This document shows positions 38,872 through 47,843 of a stretch of 64,000 nucleotides of DNA, in pieces. Below the pieces are notes generated by a model. The model had not been told where the DNA came from. It worked only from the letters and a program-made list of their open reading frames with translations, and searched no databases. Source of the DNA: a virus (Duplodnaviria; Caudoviricetes). The stretch's first letter is position 1. Each line of letters begins with the position of its first letter. The position numbers and the translations under genes are program-made. Location of the stretch: IMG/VR virus record IMGVR_UViG_2866360957_000001, positions 15,162 to 79,161 of that record, one strand, 5' to 3'.

Positions 38872-38918
38872 GGTCAAGCCCAGCTTGACCTCTGCCAGGT
38901 CAAGCCCAACTTGACCTC
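38872..38918. promoter_or_regulatory. Two tandem copies of the palindrome GGTCAAG-N5-CTTGACC
   Basis: 38872-38890 and 38898-38916, intergenic. Confidence 0.7.
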
Positions 38919-38942
38919 AGAACTCCCAGGAGGACACGGCCG

Positions 38943-39437
38943 ATGGAGCCGACCATAAGCACCGTCCCGGCCTGCCTGCGGGCGCTCGTGGCCGCCGCCG
39001 AGCGCGCCGTGCCACCGCGGATCGTCCGGGGCCGCGAGGTGCCGGTGACGGTCGTGCTCGGGCAGCCGAACGTCGGCCAGATGGACTCGGACGAGATGGT
39101 CCTGATCGCGTTCACGGGCGAGCCCGGCGACCCCGGCGTGACCTCCAACAGGACGCAGCCTCAGGGGGTCACCGCGCCGGACCGGGAAAGCTACGACGTG
39201 ATCTGCCTCGCGACGAGCTGGCACGGGCACGATGATCAGCCGCTCCCAGTGCTGGATCGCACCTACGAGATGGTCAACGCACTGGCCGCCGAGCTTGCTG
39301 CCGACGGCACGCTCGGCGGGGTTGTCGGCCGAACGCGCATCTCGACGGACCAGCTCGTTCAGGTCCAGACCGAGCAGGGCGCGGTCGCGCTCCTCAGATT
39401 TACAGTCCACGTCGAGGCGTTCACGAGGGCGTACTGA
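38943..39437 (+). CDS. Tail terminator/completion-like protein
   Basis: Position; RBS AGGAGG; LAADGTLGGVV motif. Confidence 0.6.
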   Translation: MEPTISTVPACLRALVAAAERAVPPRIVRGREVPVTVVLGQPNVGQMDSDEMVLIAFTGEPGDPGVTSNRTQPQGVTAPDRESYDVICLATSWHGHDDQPLPVLDRTYEMVNALAAELAADGTLGGVVGRTRISTDQLVQVQTEQGAVALLRFTVHVEAFTRAY

Positions 39438-39889
39438 TGATGGCCAGGAAGACCCGGACGTACACCCGCGGCGCGGAGGAGATCCGGGCGTTCGCCCGAG
39501 AGCTCGGCAAGATGCCGAAGGAGGTCCGCCGGGAGCTGCGGCCCCGACTCAAGTCAGTCGGTGCCAAAGCGTTGATCAGCGCGCGGCTCCGGGCGGCCTG
39601 GTCCACCCGGATCCCGCGGGCGACCCGCCTCAAGATCGGCCTGAGCCAGCGGAATCCCGGCCTGGCCATCGAGGTGGACCGGAAACGCGCCCCGCATGCC
39701 CGCCCGTACGAGAACAACGACGAAGACGGGATTTTCCTGGCGCCGTTCTTCGGCAACAAGAACGGCCGCTGGTACGGGCACCGGGCGCGGCCGTTCCTGG
39801 TCCGAGGCGCCCGGCCCTGGTTTGAGACGACCGATCGCGATGTTGCCGAGGTCGTGGACGACGTCGCCCGCCGGACGGGCTTCCGATGA
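39437..39889 (+). CDS. HK97 gp10-like neck/tail completion protein
   Basis: Basic; APHARPYE...RPFL. Confidence 0.6.
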   Translation: MMARKTRTYTRGAEEIRAFARELGKMPKEVRRELRPRLKSVGAKALISARLRAAWSTRIPRATRLKIGLSQRNPGLAIEVDRKRAPHARPYENNDEDGIFLAPFFGNKNGRWYGHRARPFLVRGARPWFETTDRDVAEVVDDVARRTGFR

Positions 39890-39901
39890 GAGAGGACACT
39901 C

Positions 39902-40408
39902 ATGGCTCTTAGCGTGCGCGCGCTCGTGCAGCTCGCGGCCGACCTGACCAGCGCGCAGGACCTGACGACCGCGAGCGCACCGCTCAGTTTGGCCCGGCAG
40001 GTCACCCTGACCGACGGCGCCGGCCTCAACCAGGCCAACCGGATCTGGAGCGACCAGAGAACGCTCGCCGCGTCGGCCAGCGAGGACATCGACCTCGCCG
40101 GGACTCTGACCGACCCGTTCGGCGCGACGATCACCCTGGCCCGCGTCAAGGCGCTGATCGTGTCCGCCGCGGTCGGCAACGTGAACAACGTCGTCCTGGG
40201 CAATGCCGCGGCCAACGGCTGGGTCGGACCATTCGGGGCGGCCGAACACACCCTGGCCGTGCGTCCTGGTGGTGTCCTCGCGCTGCTCGCGCCGGACGCC
40301 ACCGGCTACGCGGTCACCGCGGGCACCGCCGACCTGCTGCACGTCGCCAACAGCGGCGCCGGGTCCGGGGTGACCTATCAGATCGTCGTCGTCGGCGCAG
40401 CCAGCTAG
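39902..40408 (+). CDS. Structural protein
   Basis: Beta-rich, in tail operon. Confidence 0.6.
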   Translation: MALSVRALVQLAADLTSAQDLTTASAPLSLARQVTLTDGAGLNQANRIWSDQRTLAASASEDIDLAGTLTDPFGATITLARVKALIVSAAVGNVNNVVLGNAAANGWVGPFGAAEHTLAVRPGGVLALLAPDATGYAVTAGTADLLHVANSGAGSGVTYQIVVVGAAS

Positions 40409-40416
40409 GGGGAGCC

Positions 40417-40650
40417 GTGGAGCTGGAAACCGTGGAGATGATCCACCCGAACCTGCCGGGCCAGTCCGCGAACGTGCCACGGCAGGCCGTATCCCACCAT
40501 CAGCGCGCGGGCTGGCGACTCGCCGAGGAGCCGCCGCCGGATCCACCCGCACCCGAGAAGACCGATCAAGCCCCGTCCGCCGCCGGGGCTTCTTCTTTGC
40601 CCGAAAACGAGAAGTCGCCGCGGGGTCGGCGCACCAGGGGGGATGAGTAA
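40417..40650 (+). CDS. Small hypothetical protein
   Basis: HPNLPGQ...HHQRAGW; coupled to the major tail gene. Confidence 0.55.
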   Translation: MELETVEMIHPNLPGQSANVPRQAVSHHQRAGWRLAEEPPPDPPAPEKTDQAPSAAGASSLPENEKSPRGRRTRGDE

Positions 40651-41138
40651 TGCCCGCTACGCCGATCGCCACGGTCAACAGGTATTGGCCGACCGGCACG
40701 TCCAAGTGGTTGTTCTGCCCGAGCGTCGCCAACATCCAGGCGATCACCCGGGCGGAGATCAACGCCGGGACGGACCTGACCCGCGAGGTCGCGGCGACCG
40801 AGGGATGGTCCACGACCGGTGAGCTGATCGAGACGCCGGACGGCGACAGCCGGTTCGTCGCGAGAATCCCCGGCAAGATCACCGCCGACGACTCCAGCAT
40901 CACCTTCTACCTCGACCCGTCCGGCGTGGACGCGAGGGCCCTGTTCCCGCGCGACACCTCGGGCTTCATCATTCGCATGCCCGGCGGCGACATCGCCGGG
41001 CGTCTCTGCGACGTGTTCCCCGCGAGGGTCACCACCGCGACCAAGCTCGTGAACGTCGGCGAGGAAGAAGCCGGGCGCCTCCAGGTCGCCTTCGCGATCG
41101 TGCGCGAGCCCGCCGAAGACATCGTCATCCCAGCGTAA
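40650..41138 (+). CDS. Major tail protein
   Basis: TRAEINAGTDLT...SRF...IPG...DSSITFY; upstream of chaperones and tape measure. Confidence 0.8.
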   Translation: MPATPIATVNRYWPTGTSKWLFCPSVANIQAITRAEINAGTDLTREVAATEGWSTTGELIETPDGDSRFVARIPGKITADDSSITFYLDPSGVDARALFPRDTSGFIIRMPGGDIAGRLCDVFPARVTTATKLVNVGEEEAGRLQVAFAIVREPAEDIVIPA

Positions 41139-41155
41139 GGAGAGGTCAGGCCCCC

Positions 41156-41832
41156 ATGGCTCTACTGAGCAAGGACCAGATCTGGCAGGCCCACGACATC
41201 ACCTATGAGGACGTGCCGGTGCCCGAGTGGGGCGGAGAAGTCCGCATTCGCGGCCTCGCTGGTGAAGAGCGCGACGCCTTCGAGGAGGCGTCGCTCAAGC
41301 GCGGCCGGGGCGGTTCTCGCGAGCTCAATCTGAAGAACGCGCGAGCCCGCTTGATCGCGGCGTGTGCGATCAACGAGGACGGGTCGCCGATGTTCGTCAC
41401 GGCCGACGTGCTCAAGCTCGGCTCGAAATCCGCCGCCGCGCTGGAGCGGCTGTTCAAAGTCGCCCAGCGCCTGTCCGGCATGACGGCTGAGGACATGGAC
41501 GAGCTGACGGGAAACTCCGAGCCCGGCCAGAGCGGGCCTTCGCCTTCCGCCTCGCCGGGCACCTCGGATACACCGTCGCCGAGCTTCTCGCTCGGATCTC
41601 ATCACGCGAGCTGACCGAGTGGATGGCCTATGAGCGCCTTACCGGGGCGCTCGGCCAGCAGCGTGACGACATCCTCGCCGCACGCACCGCGTTCTACGTC
41701 GTCTCGGCGCTGAGCAGTAGCAAGACCAACAAGCCGAAGCTCTCCGACTTCCTCCCCAACTGGGGCCTGATCAGGGAGGAAGCCGGTGGCGACGATCAAG
41801 AATCTGCTGATCAGGCTGGGGGTGGTCGCTGA
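41156..41832 (+). CDS. Tail assembly chaperones G (41156-41614) and GT via -1 frameshift at GGGAAAC (41509-41515)
   Basis: VPVPEWGGEVRIRGL; the -1 frame is open from the slippery site (KLRARPERAFAFRLAGHLGYTVAELL...ELTEWMAYE) to 41832. Confidence 0.85.
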
Positions 41833-44800
41833 CGTCGATCGCGGCGTCAACGAGACGACCCGCGGTCTGGAGCGTGTCGCCCGCCAGGCCGACGCCACCG
41901 ACCGGAAACTCCGCGGCTTGGGCGGCGGCTTCGACTTCCTGAGCGGCGCGGCGGGCCGCGCTGGCACTGGCCTCCGTTCGGCGGCGACGGCGTTCGCCGG
42001 CCTCGGGTCCGCGGCCGGGGGCGCGGCGGGAGGACTTGGCTCACTCGCGTCACAGGTCGGGCGGATCGGGGGTCTGCTGGGTGGCCTCGGTTCCATCGCG
42101 GGCCGCGCCGCGGGCGCGCTCGCCGGATTAGGTTCGGCGGCGGCCCGCATCGGTGCCGCCGCCGCGAGCGCCGGGGTGGCGATCGGCGCGCTGGCGGCTG
42201 CGGCATCGGCGGCGACGACGGGGGTTGCGGGCCTGGTCGCGGCGCTGGCTCCGGCGGCCGGCGCGCTGGCGGCGCTGCCTGGGGCCGCGCTGCTGTGGAG
42301 CGCGGCTCTGGGCACGTTGAAGCTGGGCCTCAGCGGGATCGCGGATGGCTTCGCCGCGGCGATCAGTGGCGACTACCTGAAATTCATGGAGGGCACCAAA
42401 GACCTCAGTCAGGCGGCCTCTGAGGTGGCCTACGAGCTCTTCCAGATGGCGCCGGCGTTCCAGCGGTTGAGGGACACGGCTCAGGACGGGATCTTCGGTC
42501 CGCTGGTCGGCCAGATGTGGTCGCTGTTGCCGTTGTTGAACGTCTTGAACGCTGGCATTGGCGAGGTGGCCGCCCAGTTCGGCCAGGCGGCGCTGGCCAT
42601 CTTGGAGTTCATCAGGGCCGCCGAGACCGTCCGCGCGGTCGAGATCGTTTTTCGCGCGACCCGCGATGCCATCGCGGCTCTGATACCGGCGATCCGGCCG
42701 GTGCTGGACGGGCTGCGTGATCTCGGCGTGGTCGGCGCGGTCTGGCTGTCGGGGCTGGCGCCCGGGATCGCGGACGTCGCCAGCCGCTTTGGTCAGTGGA
42801 TGTCCGCGATCGCGGCATCAGGACAGGCCCTGGCCTGGATGGACGGTGCGCTGGTCGTGCTGCGCCAGCTCGGCGCGCTCCTGGCCGATCTCGGCGGGAT
42901 CGTCGTCGGCGTCCTCCGCGCGGTCCAGGCGTCGGGGAACGGGGTGCTCGGCGTCCTGGGCCAGCTCGTTGATGCGGCGCACGCGTGGGTGGACTCGACA
43001 GCCGGCCAAGAGGCGCTGGTCGCCGTGTTCAAGGCATTGGCGCAGATCGGAGCCACGCTCGTCCCGGTCGTCACCCTGATCGCAGCCGGAATCGCGCAGC
43101 TTGCGCCGTTGGTTGCTGAGCTGGCGGTCGCGGTCGGCCCGCTGCTCACCGCGGCGATCTCCGGGCTCATCCCCGCGCTGGCCGCCGTCGCACCGGGGGT
43201 CCTCGCGCTGGTCGGCGCCTTGACGGCCGCGGTGCAGATGATCGGCCCTGCCTTGGCCCCGCTGGGAGCCGCGCTCGCCAGCGGCCTCGCCTCAGCTGCA
43301 CCCCTGCTGGTCACGCTCGGAGCCGCGGTCACCGCACTGCTGCCCCACCTCCAGGCGTTCATCGTCGCCGTCGGCAGCGTGTTGAGCCAGCTCAGACCCG
43401 CTGTATCCGCTCTGCTGCCCGCCGTGGCCACTGCATTGGACGCGATCGGGGAGGCGCTGGCCATCGCGGCGCGGGCGGCGCTGCCGCTCGCGCAGGCCGT
43501 GGCGGGGATCGTGTCGGCCGCCGCGCCGCTGGTCTCCCTGCTCGCGCAGGTCGCGGTGGCCGCCGTGTCGGCTTTCGGGCCGGTGGTCGTCGCCGCAGCG
43601 AACGGGCTGGCCGGAGCGATCTCCGCTCTGGCGCCCGGGGTCCTGGCGGTGATCGACGGGATCGCGGCCGGAGCGCGGGCGATCGTGCCGGCGCTGGCTC
43701 CGCTCGGGCAGGTACTGGGCGGCATCCTGTCGGCCGCCGGGCCCCTGCTCGCCCAGATCGGCGGGGCGATCGCCGCCCTGCTGCCCGGCATCCAGGCCCT
43801 GGGGAGCGCCCTGGCGGCCGGGATCGGCGCGATCGGCCCGGCCCTGGCTCCGATCGCGGGCGCCTTGACCAGCGTGGCCACAGCAGCCGCCCCGCTCGTC
43901 CCGCTGCTGGCGGAGGTGGCCGTTCTCCTGATCGGCAGTCTGGCCTCCGGCATCCAGACGATCATGCCTGCGGTCGTCGCGCTCGGCCAGGGGATCGCCG
44001 CCCTGCTGCCCGGAGCGCAGGCCCTCCTGTCGGGGCTGGCGACCGGGATCGCTGCTCTCAGCCCTGCCCTCCAGCCACTCGGGGAGGCGATCAGCGGCGT
44101 CCTCGTCGCGCTCGCGCCGCTTCTGCCGATCGCCGGGGAGCTCGCAGCGGTGATCACCACGGCGCTCACCGGCGCGATCCAGACCCTGACGCCCGCCTTG
44201 GTGCCCGTGGTGGACGGGATCGGCCTGCTCGCAGCCGCGATCGGGCCGCTAATCGGGCAGGTGCTGCAACTCGCCGCCCAATTCCTGAGCGCGCTGCTAC
44301 CCGCCTTGGCGCCACTTCTGCCGACACTGGGCCAGCTCGCCCAGGCCGCCCTTCCCGTCCTAGTGGCGATCGTCCAGGCCGGCACCCCGCTGCTCGGCCA
44401 GCTCAGCGACATCCTGCGTGCGGTCCTCCAGGCGATGTCGCCACTGCTGCCGGTGATCGGCCAAGTAGCCCGCATCCTGGGCGAAGCACTGATCGGCGCG
44501 ATCAGCACACTCCTGGAGGCCGTGCGCCCGCTCATCCCGCTGATCTCGGATCTCGCGAACACGGTCGGAGCACAGCTACTGTCTGTCGCGGTCGCGGCGG
44601 CGCCGGTGCTCACTCAGCTTGCCGAGGTGGTCGCCGGGCTCGTCACCGCGGCCATGCCGCTGCTGCCGATCTTGGTCAAGATTGCAGCGGTGATCGGGAC
44701 CACCGTGCTCACGGTCCTGTCCACCCTGCTCAAGGCGATCGTTCCGCTGCTGCCGTCGATCGGCCGGCTCGCCGAAGTGGTCGGCAACTTGCTCCTCATG

Positions 44801-46378
44801 GCCGTCCAGACCGTCGCGCCGTTCATCATCAGGATCGCGGAGGCGATCGCCCAGCTCCTCCCGATCTTGACCCCGGTGATCGACCTGGTGGCCAAGGTCG
44901 CAGGGCAGATCGGCGAGATCCTGGTGACAGCGGTCGGCCAGCTCCTCAACGCTCTGACGCCACTACTGCCTGTGATCGTCGATGTCGTCACCACGCTCGG
45001 GACGAGCCTGACCGACGCCCTGACCGCCCTTGCACCCCTGATCATCAAGGTCGTCGAGGCATTCGTCGGATTGCTGCCCATCGTGACGCCTTTGATTCAA
45101 ATTGTGGCCGATTTGGTGCAGGCTTTCATGCCGCTCATCCAGGCGATTCTGCCCGTGATCGTCGATCTCGCAAAGGCGCTATCGCCATTGATCGAGACGG
45201 TCGCCAAACTTTTCGGCGACCTGCTGAACGCCGTGATGCCGCTTGTCAAATCGCTTGCGGACCTGATCGTCGCGATCCTGCCTATCCTTGACCCGCTGAT
45301 CCAGCTAATCAATACAATTCTCCCGTTCCTTATCGACCTCGTCGTGAAGCTCGCGGACTTCCTGGTCAAGATCCTGGTTCCGGCTTTCGAGCTTATCGTG
45401 AACATCGTGAAATGGGTCGTTGATGTCGTCGCCGGTGCATTCAGATGGCTCTATGATGTTCTGGTCGGAAATTCGATCATTCCCGATATGATCACGGCGA
45501 TAAAGAGCTGGTTCGACAAGGCCCTCCAGTGGATCACCTCGATCGTCACCGGTATCCGGGACGTCATCGTCCGGGTGGTCACGGCGATCTCGGACTGGTG
45601 GGGCCGCACTTGGGAATCCATCGTCGCATTCGTAACGCGGACCTGGGATCGCATTAAAACAGCGGTCAGCAACGCGATCGAAAACGTGCGGACGATCATC
45701 TCGACCATCATGGGCAATGTCCGGGATCGATGGTCTGAGGCGTGGGAGCGTGTGACCGGCGCGCTCGGCCAGGCGTGGGAGGCGATCCGGCGCTCCGTGT
45801 CGGACGGCATAAATACCGTGCTGAACTTCTTTCGTAATCTTCCGGGCCAGATCGCCGGGGCTCTGGGCAATCTCGGTGGAACTCTATTCAATGCGGGCCG
45901 TGACCTCATTAATGGGCTCTGGAATGGGCTTGTCTCGATGTGGGAATGGTTCAAGAACGCCATTTACAACTTCTTTTCCTCGATCATGCCGCAATGGGTC
46001 AAGGACGCGCTGGGAATCAAGTCGCCCTCGAAGCTGTTCGCGGAGATCGGGAAGATGCTGCCCGCCGGGCTCGTCGCCGGTATGGACGGCGCGCTCGGCA
46101 TGGTCACCGCGGCGGCCGACCGCATGGCCGCCGCGGCGACGGTCGGCATCACCGGGACCATGGCCATGGCCGCCGCGACACCCGCCACGATGTTCGCCGG
46201 CGCCGTCCCAGCGCCCGTGGCGGTCGGCGGCGGCCGGGCAGGGGGGAACGTCATCGAGAACCTCAATCTGACCGTGAACGGCGCTGACCTCGATTTCCGG
46301 AACGTCAGCGGCACGGCCCGGAAGCTCCTCATCGAGGTCCGCGAGGGCCTGCGGCAGCTCGACAAGGAGCAGGAGTGA
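41786..46378 (+). CDS. Tape measure protein (1530 aa)
   Basis: Long Ala/Leu/Gly amphipathic repeats; GNSIIPD and LGIKSPSKLF motifs. Confidence 0.92.
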   Translation: MATIKNLLIRLGVVADVDRGVNETTRGLERVARQADATDRKLRGLGGGFDFLSGAAGRAGTGLRSAATAFAGLGSAAGGAAGGLGSLASQVGRIGGLLGGLGSIAGRAAGALAGLGSAAARIGAAAASAGVAIGALAAAASAATTGVAGLVAALAPAAGALAALPGAALLWSAALGTLKLGLSGIADGFAAAISGDYLKFMEGTKDLSQAASEVAYELFQMAPAFQRLRDTAQDGIFGPLVGQMWSLLPLLNVLNAGIGEVAAQFGQAALAILEFIRAAETVRAVEIVFRATRDAIAALIPAIRPVLDGLRDLGVVGAVWLSGLAPGIADVASRFGQWMSAIAASGQALAWMDGALVVLRQLGALLADLGGIVVGVLRAVQASGNGVLGVLGQLVDAAHAWVDSTAGQEALVAVFKALAQIGATLVPVVTLIAAGIAQLAPLVAELAVAVGPLLTAAISGLIPALAAVAPGVLALVGALTAAVQMIGPALAPLGAALASGLASAAPLLVTLGAAVTALLPHLQAFIVAVGSVLSQLRPAVSALLPAVATALDAIGEALAIAARAALPLAQAVAGIVSAAAPLVSLLAQVAVAAVSAFGPVVVAAANGLAGAISALAPGVLAVIDGIAAGARAIVPALAPLGQVLGGILSAAGPLLAQIGGAIAALLPGIQALGSALAAGIGAIGPALAPIAGALTSVATAAAPLVPLLAEVAVLLIGSLASGIQTIMPAVVALGQGIAALLPGAQALLSGLATGIAALSPALQPLGEAISGVLVALAPLLPIAGELAAVITTALTGAIQTLTPALVPVVDGIGLLAAAIGPLIGQVLQLAAQFLSALLPALAPLLPTLGQLAQAALPVLVAIVQAGTPLLGQLSDILRAVLQAMSPLLPVIGQVARILGEALIGAISTLLEAVRPLIPLISDLANTVGAQLLSVAVAAAPVLTQLAEVVAGLVTAAMPLLPILVKIAAVIGTTVLTVLSTLLKAIVPLLPSIGRLAEVVGNLLLMAVQTVAPFIIRIAEAIAQLLPILTPVIDLVAKVAGQIGEILVTAVGQLLNALTPLLPVIVDVVTTLGTSLTDALTALAPLIIKVVEAFVGLLPIVTPLIQIVADLVQAFMPLIQAILPVIVDLAKALSPLIETVAKLFGDLLNAVMPLVKSLADLIVAILPILDPLIQLINTILPFLIDLVVKLADFLVKILVPAFELIVNIVKWVVDVVAGAFRWLYDVLVGNSIIPDMITAIKSWFDKALQWITSIVTGIRDVIVRVVTAISDWWGRTWESIVAFVTRTWDRIKTAVSNAIENVRTIISTIMGNVRDRWSEAWERVTGALGQAWEAIRRSVSDGINTVLNFFRNLPGQIAGALGNLGGTLFNAGRDLINGLWNGLVSMWEWFKNAIYNFFSSIMPQWVKDALGIKSPSKLFAEIGKMLPAGLVAGMDGALGMVTAAADRMAAAATVGITGTMAMAAATPATMFAGAVPAPVAVGGGRAGGNVIENLNLTVNGADLDFRNVSGTARKLLIEVREGLRQLDKEQE

Positions 46379-47541
46379 TCGTCGGCCGTACGGTGCTGAC
46401 CGAGCCGCACGCCGTGGACGAGACCGGCGAGGCGGCGATGACCCTGTCGGGCCGTGAGGCGTGGCCGATCATCACGCGCGGGGCGGTGCTGGCCCGGCAC
46501 GAGGCGGTGCTGGGCCTGCGCGGCGCGCTGGTCGCCGTGCGGTTCGGCCAGAAGTGCGAGCGCGACGGCTACTACATGGTGGTGAGCAGCTCGTCGAACC
46601 TGACCGACCTCGCCGGGTACTCCGGCTGGGCGGACTGGTCGCTGTCGCTCCTGCGGCACGGCCCCGACAACGTGGTGGACCTGGAATCCCGGCTGACCGG
46701 CGCGGTGCGGGCGAACGACTTCTCGCTGAGCGGCGAGCGCTGGCACGCGCCGGCCATCGGCGCGTACGGCTACTACACCGGATCGACGACGCCGAGCACG
46801 GTGACCCGCACCGGGGAGGACGGCCCGATCATCGTCTACCGGCAGGTGCCCGCCGGGGTGTCGCCGCGGTGGGGGTGCGCGGTCGCGGACTACCTGCGCG
46901 GCCGGGTCCGGATCCGGACCGGCTACCCGCCACGCGAGCTGACCGGGCTGACCGCCGCGGTGGACGCCGACCAGTGGGAGCTGTCCAACGGGCTCGTGCG
47001 GGCCAGGCGCTCCTACACCGCCGGGTCGATCGAGGTCGGCAGCTACACCGGCGGCTGGAAGCCGAAGGTCTGGCACATCGACATCGGATCGGGGCCGATC
47101 ACCTCATGGGAGTCGGCGACGATCCTCCGAAACGACCCGGAGGCGGCGACGCTGCGGCTCACCGAGTCGCGCGCGCCGGGCCGGGTCGCCGTAGACCTCA
47201 CGGTGCGCAGGGGGTCTCGCACCGTCGAGGTCTACGTGCAGCGTGGAGACAGCGGGACGATCAGCGTCTACTTGGCCAGCGCCGAAACGATGATCGACAA
47301 CGCGTCGTACGTGGTCCGCTCGACGAACGACGGCGACGGGAACCGGGCGATCGCCGGGTCGGCGAGGAACTTCGACCCGCACGTCAACGGCGGGATCACC
47401 CGCACAAGCACGACGGTGCTGGACTGCTGGCTCGGGGTGGTGGCGGGAGGGGGGAGCGCGGTGTCCGGCGACCAGGCCGCCCACCTGCGCGACCAGTACA
47501 TCGGCGCGCTGCCGGAGGTTGTCGCCGCGGTGCGGCGGTGA
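46375..47541 (+). CDS. Minor tail (distal tail-like) protein
   Basis: Directly after the tape measure gene, GTGA overlap. Confidence 0.7.
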   Translation: MIVGRTVLTEPHAVDETGEAAMTLSGREAWPIITRGAVLARHEAVLGLRGALVAVRFGQKCERDGYYMVVSSSSNLTDLAGYSGWADWSLSLLRHGPDNVVDLESRLTGAVRANDFSLSGERWHAPAIGAYGYYTGSTTPSTVTRTGEDGPIIVYRQVPAGVSPRWGCAVADYLRGRVRIRTGYPPRELTGLTAAVDADQWELSNGLVRARRSYTAGSIEVGSYTGGWKPKVWHIDIGSGPITSWESATILRNDPEAATLRLTESRAPGRVAVDLTVRRGSRTVEVYVQRGDSGTISVYLASAETMIDNASYVVRSTNDGDGNRAIAGSARNFDPHVNGGITRTSTTVLDCWLGVVAGGGSAVSGDQAAHLRDQYIGALPEVVAAVRR

Positions 47542-47557
47542 CCCGCGGCGCAGCGGG

Positions 47558-47761
47558 TCACTCGTCCTCGCCTGGAGTGGGCTCGCCCGTGGTGAGTTCG
47601 AGGGACTTGCGCCCGCGCATGATCGTGGCGATCGCCCGCCGGTCGATCTCCTCGCTGGGCATGTTCTTGTTCTCTTCCGCGATGCGGACCCATACGCCCA
47701 TCACGGTCTCCTGATCGACGCCGTACTCTTTTGCGACCGCGAAGAGCCCGACGCGGCTCAT
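47558..47761 (-). CDS. Small antisense gene inserted in the tail operon
   Basis: MSRVGLFAVAKEYGVDQETV...; fills the gap between two tail genes. Confidence 0.5.
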   Translation of the reverse strand: MSRVGLFAVAKEYGVDQETVMGVWVRIAEENKNMPSEEIDRRAIATIMRGRKSLELTTGEPTPGEDE

Positions 47762-47843
47762 GTGATGGGCGGCGATGCCGCCGCCGCGCCCGAGTTGCTT
47801 CGAAACCTTGTCCAGGGTTCGCGACAAAGATTGAGGTGATCGT

